Of a stretch of 28,762 nucleotides of DNA, positions 1 to 9,352 are shown one piece after another (position 1 is the first letter of the stretch; every line of letters begins with the position of its first letter). The notes below the pieces were generated by a model, which was not told the origin of the DNA, ran no database searches, and worked only from the letters and a program-made list of their open reading frames with translations. Source of the stretch: Candidatus Eiseniibacteriota bacterium (lineage in GTDB: Bacteria; Eisenbacteria; RBG-16-71-46; JABDJR01; JAWXBZ01); assembly GCA_034440375.1 (NCBI GenBank), contig JAWXBZ010000229.1:1-28762 (forward strand), written 5' to 3'. A program made the translations under genes and the position numbers.

Positions 1-2
1 AA

Positions 3-434
3 TCGAACCGGCGGCAGGTGGAGATGGCCGCCCTTCGAATTCTGAAAACCGGTGCCGGCACCGTGGGACTCATGGGACTTACCTTCAAGGCCGGCACCGA
101 CGATCTGCGCGAGTCGCCGCAGGTTGAGCTGGCGGCGGCGCTCCTGGCCCGCGGTCGGAGCCTTCTCATATACGATCCAAACGTCCAGCTCAGCCACATC
201 GTCGGTTTGAACCGGGAGTATCTCCAAAGTCGGATTCCGCAAATCGCCGACATTCTCTGCGAATCTCCGGACCGGCTGATCAGGGAATCGGGCGTCCTCG
301 TGCTCGGGAACAAGACGCCCGAGTTCATCGCGGCCCTGGCCGGCGTCCGGCCGGAGCAGACGGTCGTCGATCTGGTTCGGCTTGTTACGGAACCCGGAAC
401 ATTGTCGGCGGCCTATGACGGGCTTTGCTGGTAG
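3..434 (+). CDS. Nucleotide-sugar dehydrogenase, GDP-mannose 6-dehydrogenase (AlgD)-like, C-terminal part (5' truncated by window)
   Basis: Frame is open from position 3 (SNRRQVEM...). Motifs GLTFKAGTDDLRESP and IYDPNV, and a C-terminal YDGLCW resembling the EGICW end of AlgD; manC lies nearby. Confidence 0.85.
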   Translation, partial: SNRRQVEMAALRILKTGAGTVGLMGLTFKAGTDDLRESPQVELAAALLARGRSLLIYDPNVQLSHIVGLNREYLQSRIPQIADILCESPDRLIRESGVLVLGNKTPEFIAALAGVRPEQTVVDLVRLVTEPGTLSAAYDGLCW

Positions 435-500
435 GAGGGGCACCAGTTTGAGCTCCCAACATTCCCTGCCGGCACCTGATCACCGACGGGGGCCCTGCTC

Positions 501-2846
501 ATGAACAACGGGCACAAGGTTCTCATCCTCGTTGAGAATTATCCGCTGCCTTTCGACCGCCGGGTTTGGCTTGAGGCGAAAACGCTCCGGGCGGCCGGCT
601 ACCAGGTGTCGATCATCTGCCCGAAGGGGAAGGGGGCCGCCGAATCGTTCGTCGAGATTGACGACATCCGGATCTACCGCTACACGGCCTGGGAGGCCAA
701 GAAGGGGGCACTGGCCTTCGCGGTCGAGTTTTCCTGGTGCTGGCTGCGGACGTTCCTGCTCACGATCAAGGTGCTCTTTCGCGACGGCTTTGACGTCATC
801 CACGCCTGCAATCCCCCCGACACGTTCTGGTTGATCGGGGCGATCTACAAGCCGTTCGGGAAGCGCTTCATCTTCGATCAGCATGACCTGAACCCCGAAG
901 TCTATCTTTCGAAGTTTCCGGACAAGAACGGCGACTTCGCGCACCGGATGCTCTACTGGTTCGAAAAAATGACGTACCGGATGGCCGACGTCGTCATCGC
1001 CATGAACGAGTCCTATCGCAACACGGCCATGGCCCGCGGTGGCGTACCGCCCGAACGGGTGGTGGTGGTCCGGACCGGCCCTGATTTCGAACGCCTTCAT
1101 CCGGTACCGCCCGAACCTTCGTTGAAAGAGGGTGCCCGGTTTCTGGTGGCCTACCTGGGCACCATGGCGCCCCAGGATGGTGTCGATTTTCTGCTCCAGG
1201 CCGCCGACCACATCGTTCATGACCGCGGCCGGAAAGACGTCCGATTTGTTTTCATCGGTTCGGGGTCGTCGCTGGACGATCTGAAATCGCTGGCCGGCAC
1301 CCTGGACCTGGCCGATCGTTGCTCGTTTCCCGGCCGGGTATCGGATTCCGATCTGCGTCGGTGGCTGGCCACGGCCGACGTCTGCGCCAGTCCGGACCCC
1401 AGGAATCCACTGAACGAAGTCTCGACAATGAACAAGACCATGGAGTACATGGCCATGGGCAAACCGGTCGTTTCCTTCGCCCTCAAGGAAACAATCGAAT
1501 CGGCCGGCGAAGCGAGCCTGTACGCCACGCCCAATGACACCGACGAGTTTGGCGACCTGATCATCGATCTCCTGGAAGACCCCGCACGCCGGGAGCGAAT
1601 GGGGGAGTACGGGCGCCACCGCGTACACGAAAAGCTGGCCTGGAATCACTCCGAGCCCAACCTGCTGGCCGCCTATGCGCGGGCGCTGGACGGTGTGCCG
1701 ACCCGTCGGCTCCGAATCCTCATGATTGGCCAGAAGGGGGTGCCGGCCACTTACGGCGGCATTGAACGGCACGTCGAGGAGATCGGCGCCCGCATGGTTC
1801 AGCGTGGGCACGATGTTCGCATCTACTGCCGGCCCCACTACACCCGGCAGCGGGGCCGGCACCGCGGAATGGGCATCATCGTCCGCCCAAGCATCAACAC
1901 GAAGTACCTGGACACGCTGACGCATACGCTGGTATGCAGCCTGGACGTCCTTTTTCGGCGCGCCGACATCGTGCACTACCACGCGCTTGGACCGTCACCT
2001 TTCGCCCTCCTGCCACGGCTGCGCGGAATCAAGACCATCGTGACCGTGCATGGCCTGGACTGGGAGCGGGAGAAGTGGGGCCTTCTGGCGGCCTACATCC
2101 TGCAGCGTTGCGAGTACCCGGCCATTCATTTTCCGGATGCCACCATTGTCGTCTCGCAAACGTTGGAGAACTACTTCGCCGACAAGTATCAGATCCGGCC
2201 GCGATACATTCCGAACGGCACCCCCGACCCCCTTTGGCGGGCACCCTCGGAAATCCGGCAGTATGGCGTCGGTGAAAGGGATTACATTCTTTTCGTCGGC
2301 CGGCTGACCCCGGAGAAGGGGGCTCACTTCCTGCTCGAAGCATTCAATCGAATCGACACGCCGATGAAACTGGTGATCGCCGGGGGTACATCCAATACCG
2401 ATGATTACGTCGCCTCGCTGAAGTCGTACGAATCCGAGCGGGTCCGCATGATCGGCTATGTCTACGGCGACACCCTGGCGGAACTCTGGTCCAACGCCGC
2501 ACTCGTCGTGCTCCCTTCGACCATGGAGGGTCTGTCAATCGCCCTGCTCGAGGCCGTTTCCTACGGCAAGTGCGTCCTGATCAGCGACATTCCTGAAAAC
2601 GTCGAGGTGATGGGCGATTGTGCCCCGCGCTTCCGGAGCCGCGACGTTGACGATCTGGAGGCCAGGTTGAGATACCTGCTGGCGCATCCCGAGGTGGTGG
2701 CTTCGTTCGAGGCGATGACGAAGGAACGGATCAGCCGTCGATTTTCCTGGGAGACGATCGTGGACGACATCGAACAGACCTACCTGGAAGTCGACGCCCG
2801 GCGCTACACCGCCCGGCTTCCGACGCCGATCGAGTTGCCGGCATGA
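501..2846 (+). CDS. Tandem glycosyltransferase family 4 fusion (two GT-B modules), 781 aa
   Basis: Module 1 starts ILVENYPLPFDRRVWLEA and has MNKTMEYMAMGKPVV. Module 2 starts RILMIGQKGVPATYGGIERHVEE and has FVGRLTPEKG and EGLSIALLEAVSYG (EX7E). Confidence 0.9.
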   Translation: MNNGHKVLILVENYPLPFDRRVWLEAKTLRAAGYQVSIICPKGKGAAESFVEIDDIRIYRYTAWEAKKGALAFAVEFSWCWLRTFLLTIKVLFRDGFDVIHACNPPDTFWLIGAIYKPFGKRFIFDQHDLNPEVYLSKFPDKNGDFAHRMLYWFEKMTYRMADVVIAMNESYRNTAMARGGVPPERVVVVRTGPDFERLHPVPPEPSLKEGARFLVAYLGTMAPQDGVDFLLQAADHIVHDRGRKDVRFVFIGSGSSLDDLKSLAGTLDLADRCSFPGRVSDSDLRRWLATADVCASPDPRNPLNEVSTMNKTMEYMAMGKPVVSFALKETIESAGEASLYATPNDTDEFGDLIIDLLEDPARRERMGEYGRHRVHEKLAWNHSEPNLLAAYARALDGVPTRRLRILMIGQKGVPATYGGIERHVEEIGARMVQRGHDVRIYCRPHYTRQRGRHRGMGIIVRPSINTKYLDTLTHTLVCSLDVLFRRADIVHYHALGPSPFALLPRLRGIKTIVTVHGLDWEREKWGLLAAYILQRCEYPAIHFPDATIVVSQTLENYFADKYQIRPRYIPNGTPDPLWRAPSEIRQYGVGERDYILFVGRLTPEKGAHFLLEAFNRIDTPMKLVIAGGTSNTDDYVASLKSYESERVRMIGYVYGDTLAELWSNAALVVLPSTMEGLSIALLEAVSYGKCVLISDIPENVEVMGDCAPRFRSRDVDDLEARLRYLLAHPEVVASFEAMTKERISRRFSWETIVDDIEQTYLEVDARRYTARLPTPIELPA

Positions 2847-3940
2847 GCGACGCAAGGACTCCGGATACGTTCGCCCTGATCCTGGCGGGGGGGCGTGGCG
2901 AACGCTTCTGGCCGCTTTCGTCCGCCGGCCGGCCCAAGCAGTTCCTGAAGCTGGCCGGCGAGGAAACGCTCCTCACACGAACCGCCCGACGGGTCGAGCC
3001 GCTGATTCCACTGTCGCAGATACTGGTGGTGACCGGCCGGGACCAGGTTGACCTGGTCCGCGAATCGCTGCCGGACCTGGCTCCGGAAAACGTGATCGGC
3101 GAGCCGGTCGGACGGAACACCGCGCCGGCGGTGGCACTCGGTGCGCTCTGGGCGGAGCGCCGGCATCCCGGCGCCCGGATCGTCGTCATGCCGTCGGATG
3201 CCTGGGTCGGAGATGACGCTGCGTACCGGGCAGCCCTGTCTCGAGCCCTTGACTACACCGGGCGTCACGCGGCGCTCGGGACGATCGGAATTGTTCCGTC
3301 GCGCCCCGAAACCGGCTACGGTTACCTGGAGGTTGGTGCGCCGCTTGAGGCGGCGCCCGGCCTTCACCGGGTCGATCGGTTCGTCGAGAAGCCCGACGCC
3401 GGGACGGCGGCCACCTGGCTTACCGGTGGTCGTCATCTCTGGAACGGCGGCATCTTCGTCATGCGGGCATCGGTCCTCCTGGGAGCTGTCCGGACCCATC
3501 TCCCCGGGGTGGACGGGCCCCTTCAGGTGCTTGCCAACCGGACACCGGCCGGGAGGCCGACGTTCGAGGCGGCCATGCTGGCCGAGTATTACGCGGCTGT
3601 TCCGTCCATTTCGATCGACTATGGCGTCATGGAAAAATCCGACAACGTGGTGACGGTGACCGGTGCGTTTCCGTGGGACGACCTCGGGGCCTGGAGCGCC
3701 CTTGAGCGGGTCCTGCCACCTTTGGGGGACGTGACCGCCGTCGGCAAGACTCTCGGTCTGGAGTCGCCGGGCGCCATCCTGTTCGCCGCTGAGGGACTGG
3801 TGGCCACACTCGGCATGCCCGATGTCATCGTGGTGCGCACCGGGAATGCCGTCCTGGTGCTCCCCAAGTCAAGGGCGCAGGAGGTTCGGCGCCTGGTGCA
3901 GGCGATTGAAGCGCGTGACGATCTGGCGGAGTTTCGATGA
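2843..3940 (+). CDS. manC: Mannose-1-phosphate guanylyltransferase (monofunctional, no PMI cupin domain)
   Basis: ILAGGRGERFWPLS..GRPKQF, EPVGRNTAPA, PETGYGY, FVEKPD, WNGGIF, SIDYGVMEK and WDDLGAW motifs. ATGA overlap with the upstream gene. Confidence 0.93.
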   Translation: MSDARTPDTFALILAGGRGERFWPLSSAGRPKQFLKLAGEETLLTRTARRVEPLIPLSQILVVTGRDQVDLVRESLPDLAPENVIGEPVGRNTAPAVALGALWAERRHPGARIVVMPSDAWVGDDAAYRAALSRALDYTGRHAALGTIGIVPSRPETGYGYLEVGAPLEAAPGLHRVDRFVEKPDAGTAATWLTGGRHLWNGGIFVMRASVLLGAVRTHLPGVDGPLQVLANRTPAGRPTFEAAMLAEYYAAVPSISIDYGVMEKSDNVVTVTGAFPWDDLGAWSALERVLPPLGDVTAVGKTLGLESPGAILFAAEGLVATLGMPDVIVVRTGNAVLVLPKSRAQEVRRLVQAIEARDDLAEFR

Positions 3941-4350
3941 GCCGGCGATTTTCGGCCATTCTGCTGCTGGCGGCACTGACCGGCTGCGGCGGCCGGCCGA
4001 AGCCGGAAACCAATGTGGATCCGTCGATCGCGGCCGCTCCCGACAATTTCGCCGGCCCGACCCTGGCGCCGCCGGCGGCCGTGCCGATCGTCCCCGCGAT
4101 CCAGCTTGTCGACGGGTTTCGCGTGCAATTGTTTCAGTCGACGCTGCTGCGTGACGCGGAACAGTTCCGTGATGCCGCCGCGGCGCGACTGGATCGTCCG
4201 ATTTATGTCGAATACCAGGCGCCGGTCTACCGGGTGCGGGCCGGCGATTTTGTGACGCGCGAGGATGCCGAGACGTGGCGAAACGGACTGGCCGCCCGCG
4301 GATATGAACGCGCCGAAGTGGTGCCAACGCTCGTAAGGAGTGCCGGTTGA
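3937..4350 (+). CDS. SPOR-domain lipoprotein
   Basis: Lipobox LTGC after a hydrophobic segment, a Pro/Ala linker, then GFRVQL...YRVRAGDF.TREDAE...L...GY typical of SPOR. ATGA overlap with manC. Confidence 0.8.
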   Translation: MSRRFSAILLLAALTGCGGRPKPETNVDPSIAAAPDNFAGPTLAPPAAVPIVPAIQLVDGFRVQLFQSTLLRDAEQFRDAAAARLDRPIYVEYQAPVYRVRAGDFVTREDAETWRNGLAARGYERAEVVPTLVRSAG

Positions 4351-4437
4351 TGATGTGTATACTGACGAAGCGGCAACGGATGGAGAGGCGGCTCGATCCG
4401 TCACCCGAACGCGGGGCGTTCCCAATCAGGAGCTTGA

Positions 4438-5451
4438 ATGCCGGAGCTGCGTAAGGATCCGGTCGTTGGTCGCTGGGTCATCATCAGCACCGATCGCGGC
4501 CGCCGCCCGAGCGACTACACCAGTCAAAGCACTCCCCGGGACGCCAATCACTGTCCATTCTGCCCCGGCCACGAAAACCAGACACCGCCCGAAGTCCTGG
4601 CGGTTCGGCACGATGGGTCCGCACATAACGCACCGGGGTGGAAGGTGCGCGTCGTCCCGAATAAGTTTCCCGCCCTCCAGATCGAGGGAGATCTGGAGCG
4701 TCGCGGCGAGGGGCTGTTCGACAAGATGAACGGCATCGGCGCCCATGAAGTAATCATCGAGTCGACGGATCACCACGCCGAGCTGTCCACCCTCTCCGTG
4801 GACGATATGGCCCTGGTTCTCGGCACCTATCGGGCCCGCATGATCGATCTCAAGGGCGATCCCCGCTTCAAGTACATCCTGGTATTCAAGAACTGGGGGG
4901 AGGCAGCCGGAGCCACGCTCCAACACCCGCATACGCAGCTTATCGCCATGCCGATCATCCCGAAGTGGGTGTCGGAGGAATTGAAGGGATCCCGCAGCCA
5001 CTTCGAAATGAAGGAGCGCTGCATCTACTGCGACATCCTCCAGCAGGAGACTGCCGACGGGCGACGGCTGATCACCGCCGACGAACACTACGTGGCGATC
5101 GTTCCGTTCGCCCCGCGATTTCCCTTCGAATCCTGGGTGCTGCCTCGGAAGCACAGTTCCTCTTTCGAAGCGCTTTCCGACGACGGCCTGTGGCAGCTGG
5201 CACGAATGCTCAAGGAAACACTCACCCGGATGAACATGGCGCTGAACAACCCGCCCTACAACTTCATCATCCACACCGCGCCCTGCAACGATCCATGGCT
5301 CCTCTACTATCACTGGCACATCGAGATCATGCCCCGGCTGACCAAGGTGGCCGGCTTCGAGTGGGGCTCGGGTTTCTACATCAATCCGACCTCCCCCGAG
5401 GACGCGGCCCGCGATCTGAAGAATGCGATACCGGCGGCTGTGCCCGGATGA
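4438..5451 (+). CDS. galT: GalT-family nucleotidyltransferase (galactose-1-phosphate uridylyltransferase / ADP-glucose phosphorylase-like)
   Basis: ELRKDPVVGRWVII, CPFCPG.E, VVPNKFPAL, HEVIIES, catalytic HPHTQ, CIYCD and YHWHIEI motifs. AGGAG RBS upstream. Confidence 0.9.
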   Translation: MPELRKDPVVGRWVIISTDRGRRPSDYTSQSTPRDANHCPFCPGHENQTPPEVLAVRHDGSAHNAPGWKVRVVPNKFPALQIEGDLERRGEGLFDKMNGIGAHEVIIESTDHHAELSTLSVDDMALVLGTYRARMIDLKGDPRFKYILVFKNWGEAAGATLQHPHTQLIAMPIIPKWVSEELKGSRSHFEMKERCIYCDILQQETADGRRLITADEHYVAIVPFAPRFPFESWVLPRKHSSSFEALSDDGLWQLARMLKETLTRMNMALNNPPYNFIIHTAPCNDPWLLYYHWHIEIMPRLTKVAGFEWGSGFYINPTSPEDAARDLKNAIPAAVPG

Positions 5452-7013
5452 CACGAACGACCCTGGCACGCCCGGAAGCGCCCGGCATCCCGGACGCGGC
5501 CCGGGCGCTTCCCCTGGAAATCGCGGTATTGACCACCGAGTTCGCGCCGCTGGCGAAGGTCGGCGGGCTGGCTGACGTGGCGCAGGCACTCGCGTGTGAG
5601 ATGGCCCGACTCGGGGCCCGCATCACCGTCTGGATGCCCGCCTGGCGGGCGGTCTGGGAATCGGGCGCCATCCTCTCACCACTGGCCCTGCCGCGGCCAC
5701 TCCGCGTTCCGCTCGGAAACACGATCGTCGAGGTGGGATTGCTCGAGGTCGTCGATCCGCCGGACGGCGTCCGAATCATGCTGATCGACTATGCGCCGTT
5801 CTACTGGCGAAACGGAATCTACGTCGATCCGGTCACGGGCGAACCGTGGCCCGACCACGACCGCCGCCTCGTTCTGTTCCAGCGGGCGGTGCTCGAGGCG
5901 CTGCCGATCCTCGACCTGCGGCCCGACCTGTTTCACTGCCATGACCACCAGACGGGGCTTGTGCCGGTTTATCTCAAGTCCCGCTATGCCGATGATCCGT
6001 TCTACCAGGGGACCGGGACGCTGGTCACGATCCATAACCTTGGCTACCAGGGTCTCTTCCCGTCCGAAGTCCTCGGGATGGCGCAGCTTCCGATGGAGCT
6101 GTTCTATCCTTCCGGCCCTCTCGAATTCTGGGGGCGGGTGAATTTCATGAAGGGTGGAATCCTGTTCGCCGATCGGCTGACCACAGTCAGTCCGCGCTAT
6201 GCCGAGGAGATCCAGTCTTCCGAGGAGTTCGGATTCGGCCTGGAGGGTGTCCTTCGAACCCGCGCCGCTGACCTGACCGGTATCCTGAACGGGATCGACA
6301 CCCGGATTTGGAATCCGGCCACGGACCCCCATCTGATCCGCAATTATGATGCCGGCAATCTCGATGCGAAGCGGGAATGTCGGGCTGATCTGGCGGCCCG
6401 CACCGGCCTTTCCGATCTGGACGACACGACACCGATCATGGGGATCATCTCGCGACTGGTCGACCAGAAGGGCTTTGATCTCTTCGCGCCCCAGGTCCCG
6501 GCCCTGATTGGGGCGGGGTACCGGATCATTGTTGCCGGATCCGGGCTCCGCAAGTATGAAGAGCAGATGCTCCGCTGGCGCGAGCGGTTTCCGGGGCGGT
6601 TTCACTGGTCCCGGGTAATCGACGAAGCGATGGCCCACCGGATTACGGCAGGCGCCGATTTCTACCTCATGCCGTCAAAATATGAGCCGTGCGGCCTGAA
6701 CCAGATGATCAGCATGCGATACGGCACTCTTCCGATTGTGCGCGAGACAGGGGGCCTGATCGACACCGTGTTTCCCTACAACTCGGCCACCGGGGAGGGA
6801 ACAGGCTTCGGCTTCCTGGACTACACGCCCGAGGCCCTCCTGGCCGTGGCGCGCCTCGCCCGGCAAGTATTTCAGGATCCAGACAAGCTGGCCCGGTTGC
6901 GGCGGCAGGCCATGTCCCAGGACTTCTCTTTCGGCCGCCCGGCACGGGCCTATCTGATGCTTGCAGAAGAAATTGCGACCGCCCGCCGGGGGGGTCGACC
7001 CCTCAGAACCTGA
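5448..7013 (+). CDS. glgA: Glycogen synthase (GT5)
   Basis: KVGGLADV, HCHDHQTG, TIHNLGYQG, TTVSPRYAEEI, GILNGID, SRLVDQKG, PSKYEPCGLNQ and RETGGL.DTV motifs. The ATG at 5448 overlaps the galT stop (ATGA), so the track's 4965 start is not used. Confidence 0.95.
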   Translation: MTRTTLARPEAPGIPDAARALPLEIAVLTTEFAPLAKVGGLADVAQALACEMARLGARITVWMPAWRAVWESGAILSPLALPRPLRVPLGNTIVEVGLLEVVDPPDGVRIMLIDYAPFYWRNGIYVDPVTGEPWPDHDRRLVLFQRAVLEALPILDLRPDLFHCHDHQTGLVPVYLKSRYADDPFYQGTGTLVTIHNLGYQGLFPSEVLGMAQLPMELFYPSGPLEFWGRVNFMKGGILFADRLTTVSPRYAEEIQSSEEFGFGLEGVLRTRAADLTGILNGIDTRIWNPATDPHLIRNYDAGNLDAKRECRADLAARTGLSDLDDTTPIMGIISRLVDQKGFDLFAPQVPALIGAGYRIIVAGSGLRKYEEQMLRWRERFPGRFHWSRVIDEAMAHRITAGADFYLMPSKYEPCGLNQMISMRYGTLPIVRETGGLIDTVFPYNSATGEGTGFGFLDYTPEALLAVARLARQVFQDPDKLARLRRQAMSQDFSFGRPARAYLMLAEEIATARRGGRPLRT

Positions 7014-7022
7014 GCCACCAGC

Positions 7023-7131
7023 TGTCGGTTTTTCGACACCCCTGTCGGTGGTTTATATAGACAAGAACCCCGATCGCACCCCTATGTCGTGCTAAAATAT
7101 TTGCTTACTGATTACGATAGATTTTCCGACA
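7023..7131. promoter_or_regulatory. AT-rich intergenic region with TGTCG-N6-CGACA palindrome and further TGTCG half-sites upstream of prsK
   Basis: TGTCGGTTTTTCGACA at 7023-7038, TGTCGG at 7043, TGTCGT at 7085 and CCGACA at 7126-7131. The region is markedly AT-richer than the flanking genes. Confidence 0.5.
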
Positions 7132-7147
7132 ACTGTCCAATGGAGGC

Positions 7148-9343
7148 ATGGTGCCGGTAGCTGCAGGTCAGATCATCCTGAACTTGACGCTGTTGGCCAT
7201 CGCGTTTTCCACGGTGGTGGGCGTCGTCCGCTATCGAAACCCCCTGGCGCGGGCGGTGGCGGTGGCCACCGGGCTGGTATCCGCCGCCTATGCTCTTCTG
7301 GTGGCCCGGTTGCTCGACATCCAGGACCCCACCGCCGGGGCTGAACTTGGCCGAGTCATCATGGCGTTGACGGCCCCCGCGCTCCTGATCGGTCATCTCT
7401 TCTCTCTCTCGATCGGGCGGGCTGATCCGGGCGGCTCGATCACACGACATCGGCTGTCGCTGGTGACTCAATCGATATTGAGCCTCGCCTTTCTCGCCTT
7501 TCTGCCGACGGGGAACCTCGTCACCGGTTTCGCGTTCCACGATGGTGGTTACAGCATCGAGTTCGGTTCGCTCGGCCGGCTGTATCTGGCCTTTCTCCTG
7601 CTCGGCATCGGGCTCATCGGATTTCGACTTGAGATGACGCTGCGCGGCAGCGAGCCTGTCCAGCGCGAACGGATGCGCTGGCTGGCGCTGGGCACGTTTG
7701 GTGTTGTCGGATATTTCGTCTACCTCCTGACCGACGGCGCCCTGAGCGGCCGGATCGACCAGGAAGCGCTGGGCGCTTCACTCATTCCGGTCGGCCTTGC
7801 CGCCGCCCTGCTCGGCTGGGCTCAACTGCGGGGCGGATTGGCCGAGGCCGGCATCCAGGTCGGCCGCCAGGTTGTTTTCCGCTCGCTCACGTTTCTTTTC
7901 GTGATTGGCTACGTTGTCGTCGTCCTGCTGCTCGGGAAGTTGGCGGAAATTCTCGGCATTCGCCCCGGGTTCGTGGCTGGAGCCACCATCATCATCGGCA
8001 CGGCCACTGGCCTTTCGGCTTTTCTTCTGTCCACCACCTTTCGTCGCGGCCTGCGCCGCATCGTGGAACGGAATGTCTACTCCAATCGGCTCGATTACCG
8101 GACCTGGTGGCTTCGGGCCTCGCACGAACTGGTGTCAGGCGTCGGTGTCTCGGAACTGATCCTCCGCGCCCACCAGCTGCTGGAAGACCTCTTTCATGCC
8201 CAGACGATCACGGTGTACCTGTCGCGCCGTTCAGGGGAGGCCTACCAGGCGATGAACCCGGTCCTCGATAACCTGCCGCCGGACGTGGAATCCAGCGAGC
8301 CGCTCGTGGCGGCACTCGAGGGTGCCGCCGAACCCATCCTATTACCCGAACGGCGCGACCGGGGCGCCGAGCCGGAACTTCTGCCGATCCTGGTTGAAAA
8401 CGAAGAATTGATCCGGGCGACGCGCGGTCGTGTACTGGCACCGCTTCGGACCAATGAACGACTCATCGGCTTCGTCATCCTGGGGCCTCGCGCCGATGGC
8501 TCGGATTATGGTTATGACGATCGTTCGCTTCTCGAAACTGTGACCCTCCAGCTGGCGGGAGCCATCCGCGGTGCCTGGCTGACCGAGGATCTCGGGGCCG
8601 CCCGCGAGATGGAAGTGTTCAGCCAGTGGGCCGGCGTCGTCGTACATGACCTCAAGAATTTTGTCTCACCACTCAAGCTGTTCATGCAGAACGCCCGGCG
8701 CCACCTGCACAACGCCGAATTTCGCGAGCAGGCGCTCGATGATATCCAGGGCGTTGTGGAGAAGATGGAGGGCGCCATCCACCGGCTCACCGCGCTGAAG
8801 CATGGTGAGGAGATGGCCCTGGCACCAACCGACATCGAATGGATCCTCGACAGCGTGTTGACCCGAACCGGGGTGATCGGTCGTCAGGAGTACACCGTGC
8901 AGCGTCACTTCGCGGGGCTGCCGCCGGTGATTGGGGACAGCCATCTCATCGATCGGGTGATCACCAATCTCGTGACCAACGCCATGGAGGCGATGCCGAA
9001 CGGGGGAGTCCTGTCGCTCGATACCGAGGACCTGCGTGAGTCGGGCTCCGGCGGGCGATGGGCCGTGATTCGAGTCCGGGATACCGGTGTCGGGATGACG
9101 CCGACCTTCATTCGCCATCGCCTGTTCCAACCGTTCGCAACCACCAAGAAGAAGGGATGGGGGCTCGGCCTCTATCAGTGTCGCTCGATCGTGGAGGCTC
9201 ACGGCGGTTCACTCAAGGCGAACAGCCAGCCGGGTCTTGGCACGGAATTCCGATTGGCTCTGCCGCTGAATCTGACCGCCGTTCGCCAGGAGGACCGGGG
9301 TGTTCTACGCCCGGCGGACCGCGGCGGCCGGCGACCGCAATGA
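7148..9343 (+). CDS. prsK: PEP-CTERM system (PrsK-like) membrane sensor histidine kinase with GAF domain
   Basis: Multi-TM N-terminus, YSNRLDYRTWW, GAF-like region (APL...ERLIGFVILG), H-box VVHDLKN, N-box NLVTNAMEA, DTGVGM..FIRHRLFQPF.TTK..G.GLGLYQ. Paired with a sigma-54 regulator. Start could be ATG 7148 or GTG 7151. Confidence 0.85.
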   Translation: MVPVAAGQIILNLTLLAIAFSTVVGVVRYRNPLARAVAVATGLVSAAYALLVARLLDIQDPTAGAELGRVIMALTAPALLIGHLFSLSIGRADPGGSITRHRLSLVTQSILSLAFLAFLPTGNLVTGFAFHDGGYSIEFGSLGRLYLAFLLLGIGLIGFRLEMTLRGSEPVQRERMRWLALGTFGVVGYFVYLLTDGALSGRIDQEALGASLIPVGLAAALLGWAQLRGGLAEAGIQVGRQVVFRSLTFLFVIGYVVVVLLLGKLAEILGIRPGFVAGATIIIGTATGLSAFLLSTTFRRGLRRIVERNVYSNRLDYRTWWLRASHELVSGVGVSELILRAHQLLEDLFHAQTITVYLSRRSGEAYQAMNPVLDNLPPDVESSEPLVAALEGAAEPILLPERRDRGAEPELLPILVENEELIRATRGRVLAPLRTNERLIGFVILGPRADGSDYGYDDRSLLETVTLQLAGAIRGAWLTEDLGAAREMEVFSQWAGVVVHDLKNFVSPLKLFMQNARRHLHNAEFREQALDDIQGVVEKMEGAIHRLTALKHGEEMALAPTDIEWILDSVLTRTGVIGRQEYTVQRHFAGLPPVIGDSHLIDRVITNLVTNAMEAMPNGGVLSLDTEDLRESGSGGRWAVIRVRDTGVGMTPTFIRHRLFQPFATTKKKGWGLGLYQCRSIVEAHGGSLKANSQPGLGTEFRLALPLNLTAVRQEDRGVLRPADRGGRRPQ

Positions 9344-9352
9344 GGAGTGTAA

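Noticed and set aside
436-453. GGCACCAGTTTGAG sigma-54-like string between the dehydrogenase and GT4 genes
   Set aside because: No GC at the -12 position with the required GG-N10-GC spacing.
4351-4365. TATACT -10-like element upstream of galT
   Set aside because: No matching -35 and the TG is not at the extended -10 position, so it is too weak to call.
4965-5447. Extended N-termini in the ORF track (glgA from 4965; also starts 17653, 20126, 20857, 25412 and 26875)
   Set aside because: The extensions overlap upstream genes. Better starts exist at stop/start overlaps or after an RBS (5448, 17998, 20204, 21244, 25619, 26947).
7090-7105. Possible sigma-54 promoter upstream of prsK (TGCTAAAATATTTGCT)
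   Set aside because: It has the -12 TTGC but lacks the invariant GG at -24.
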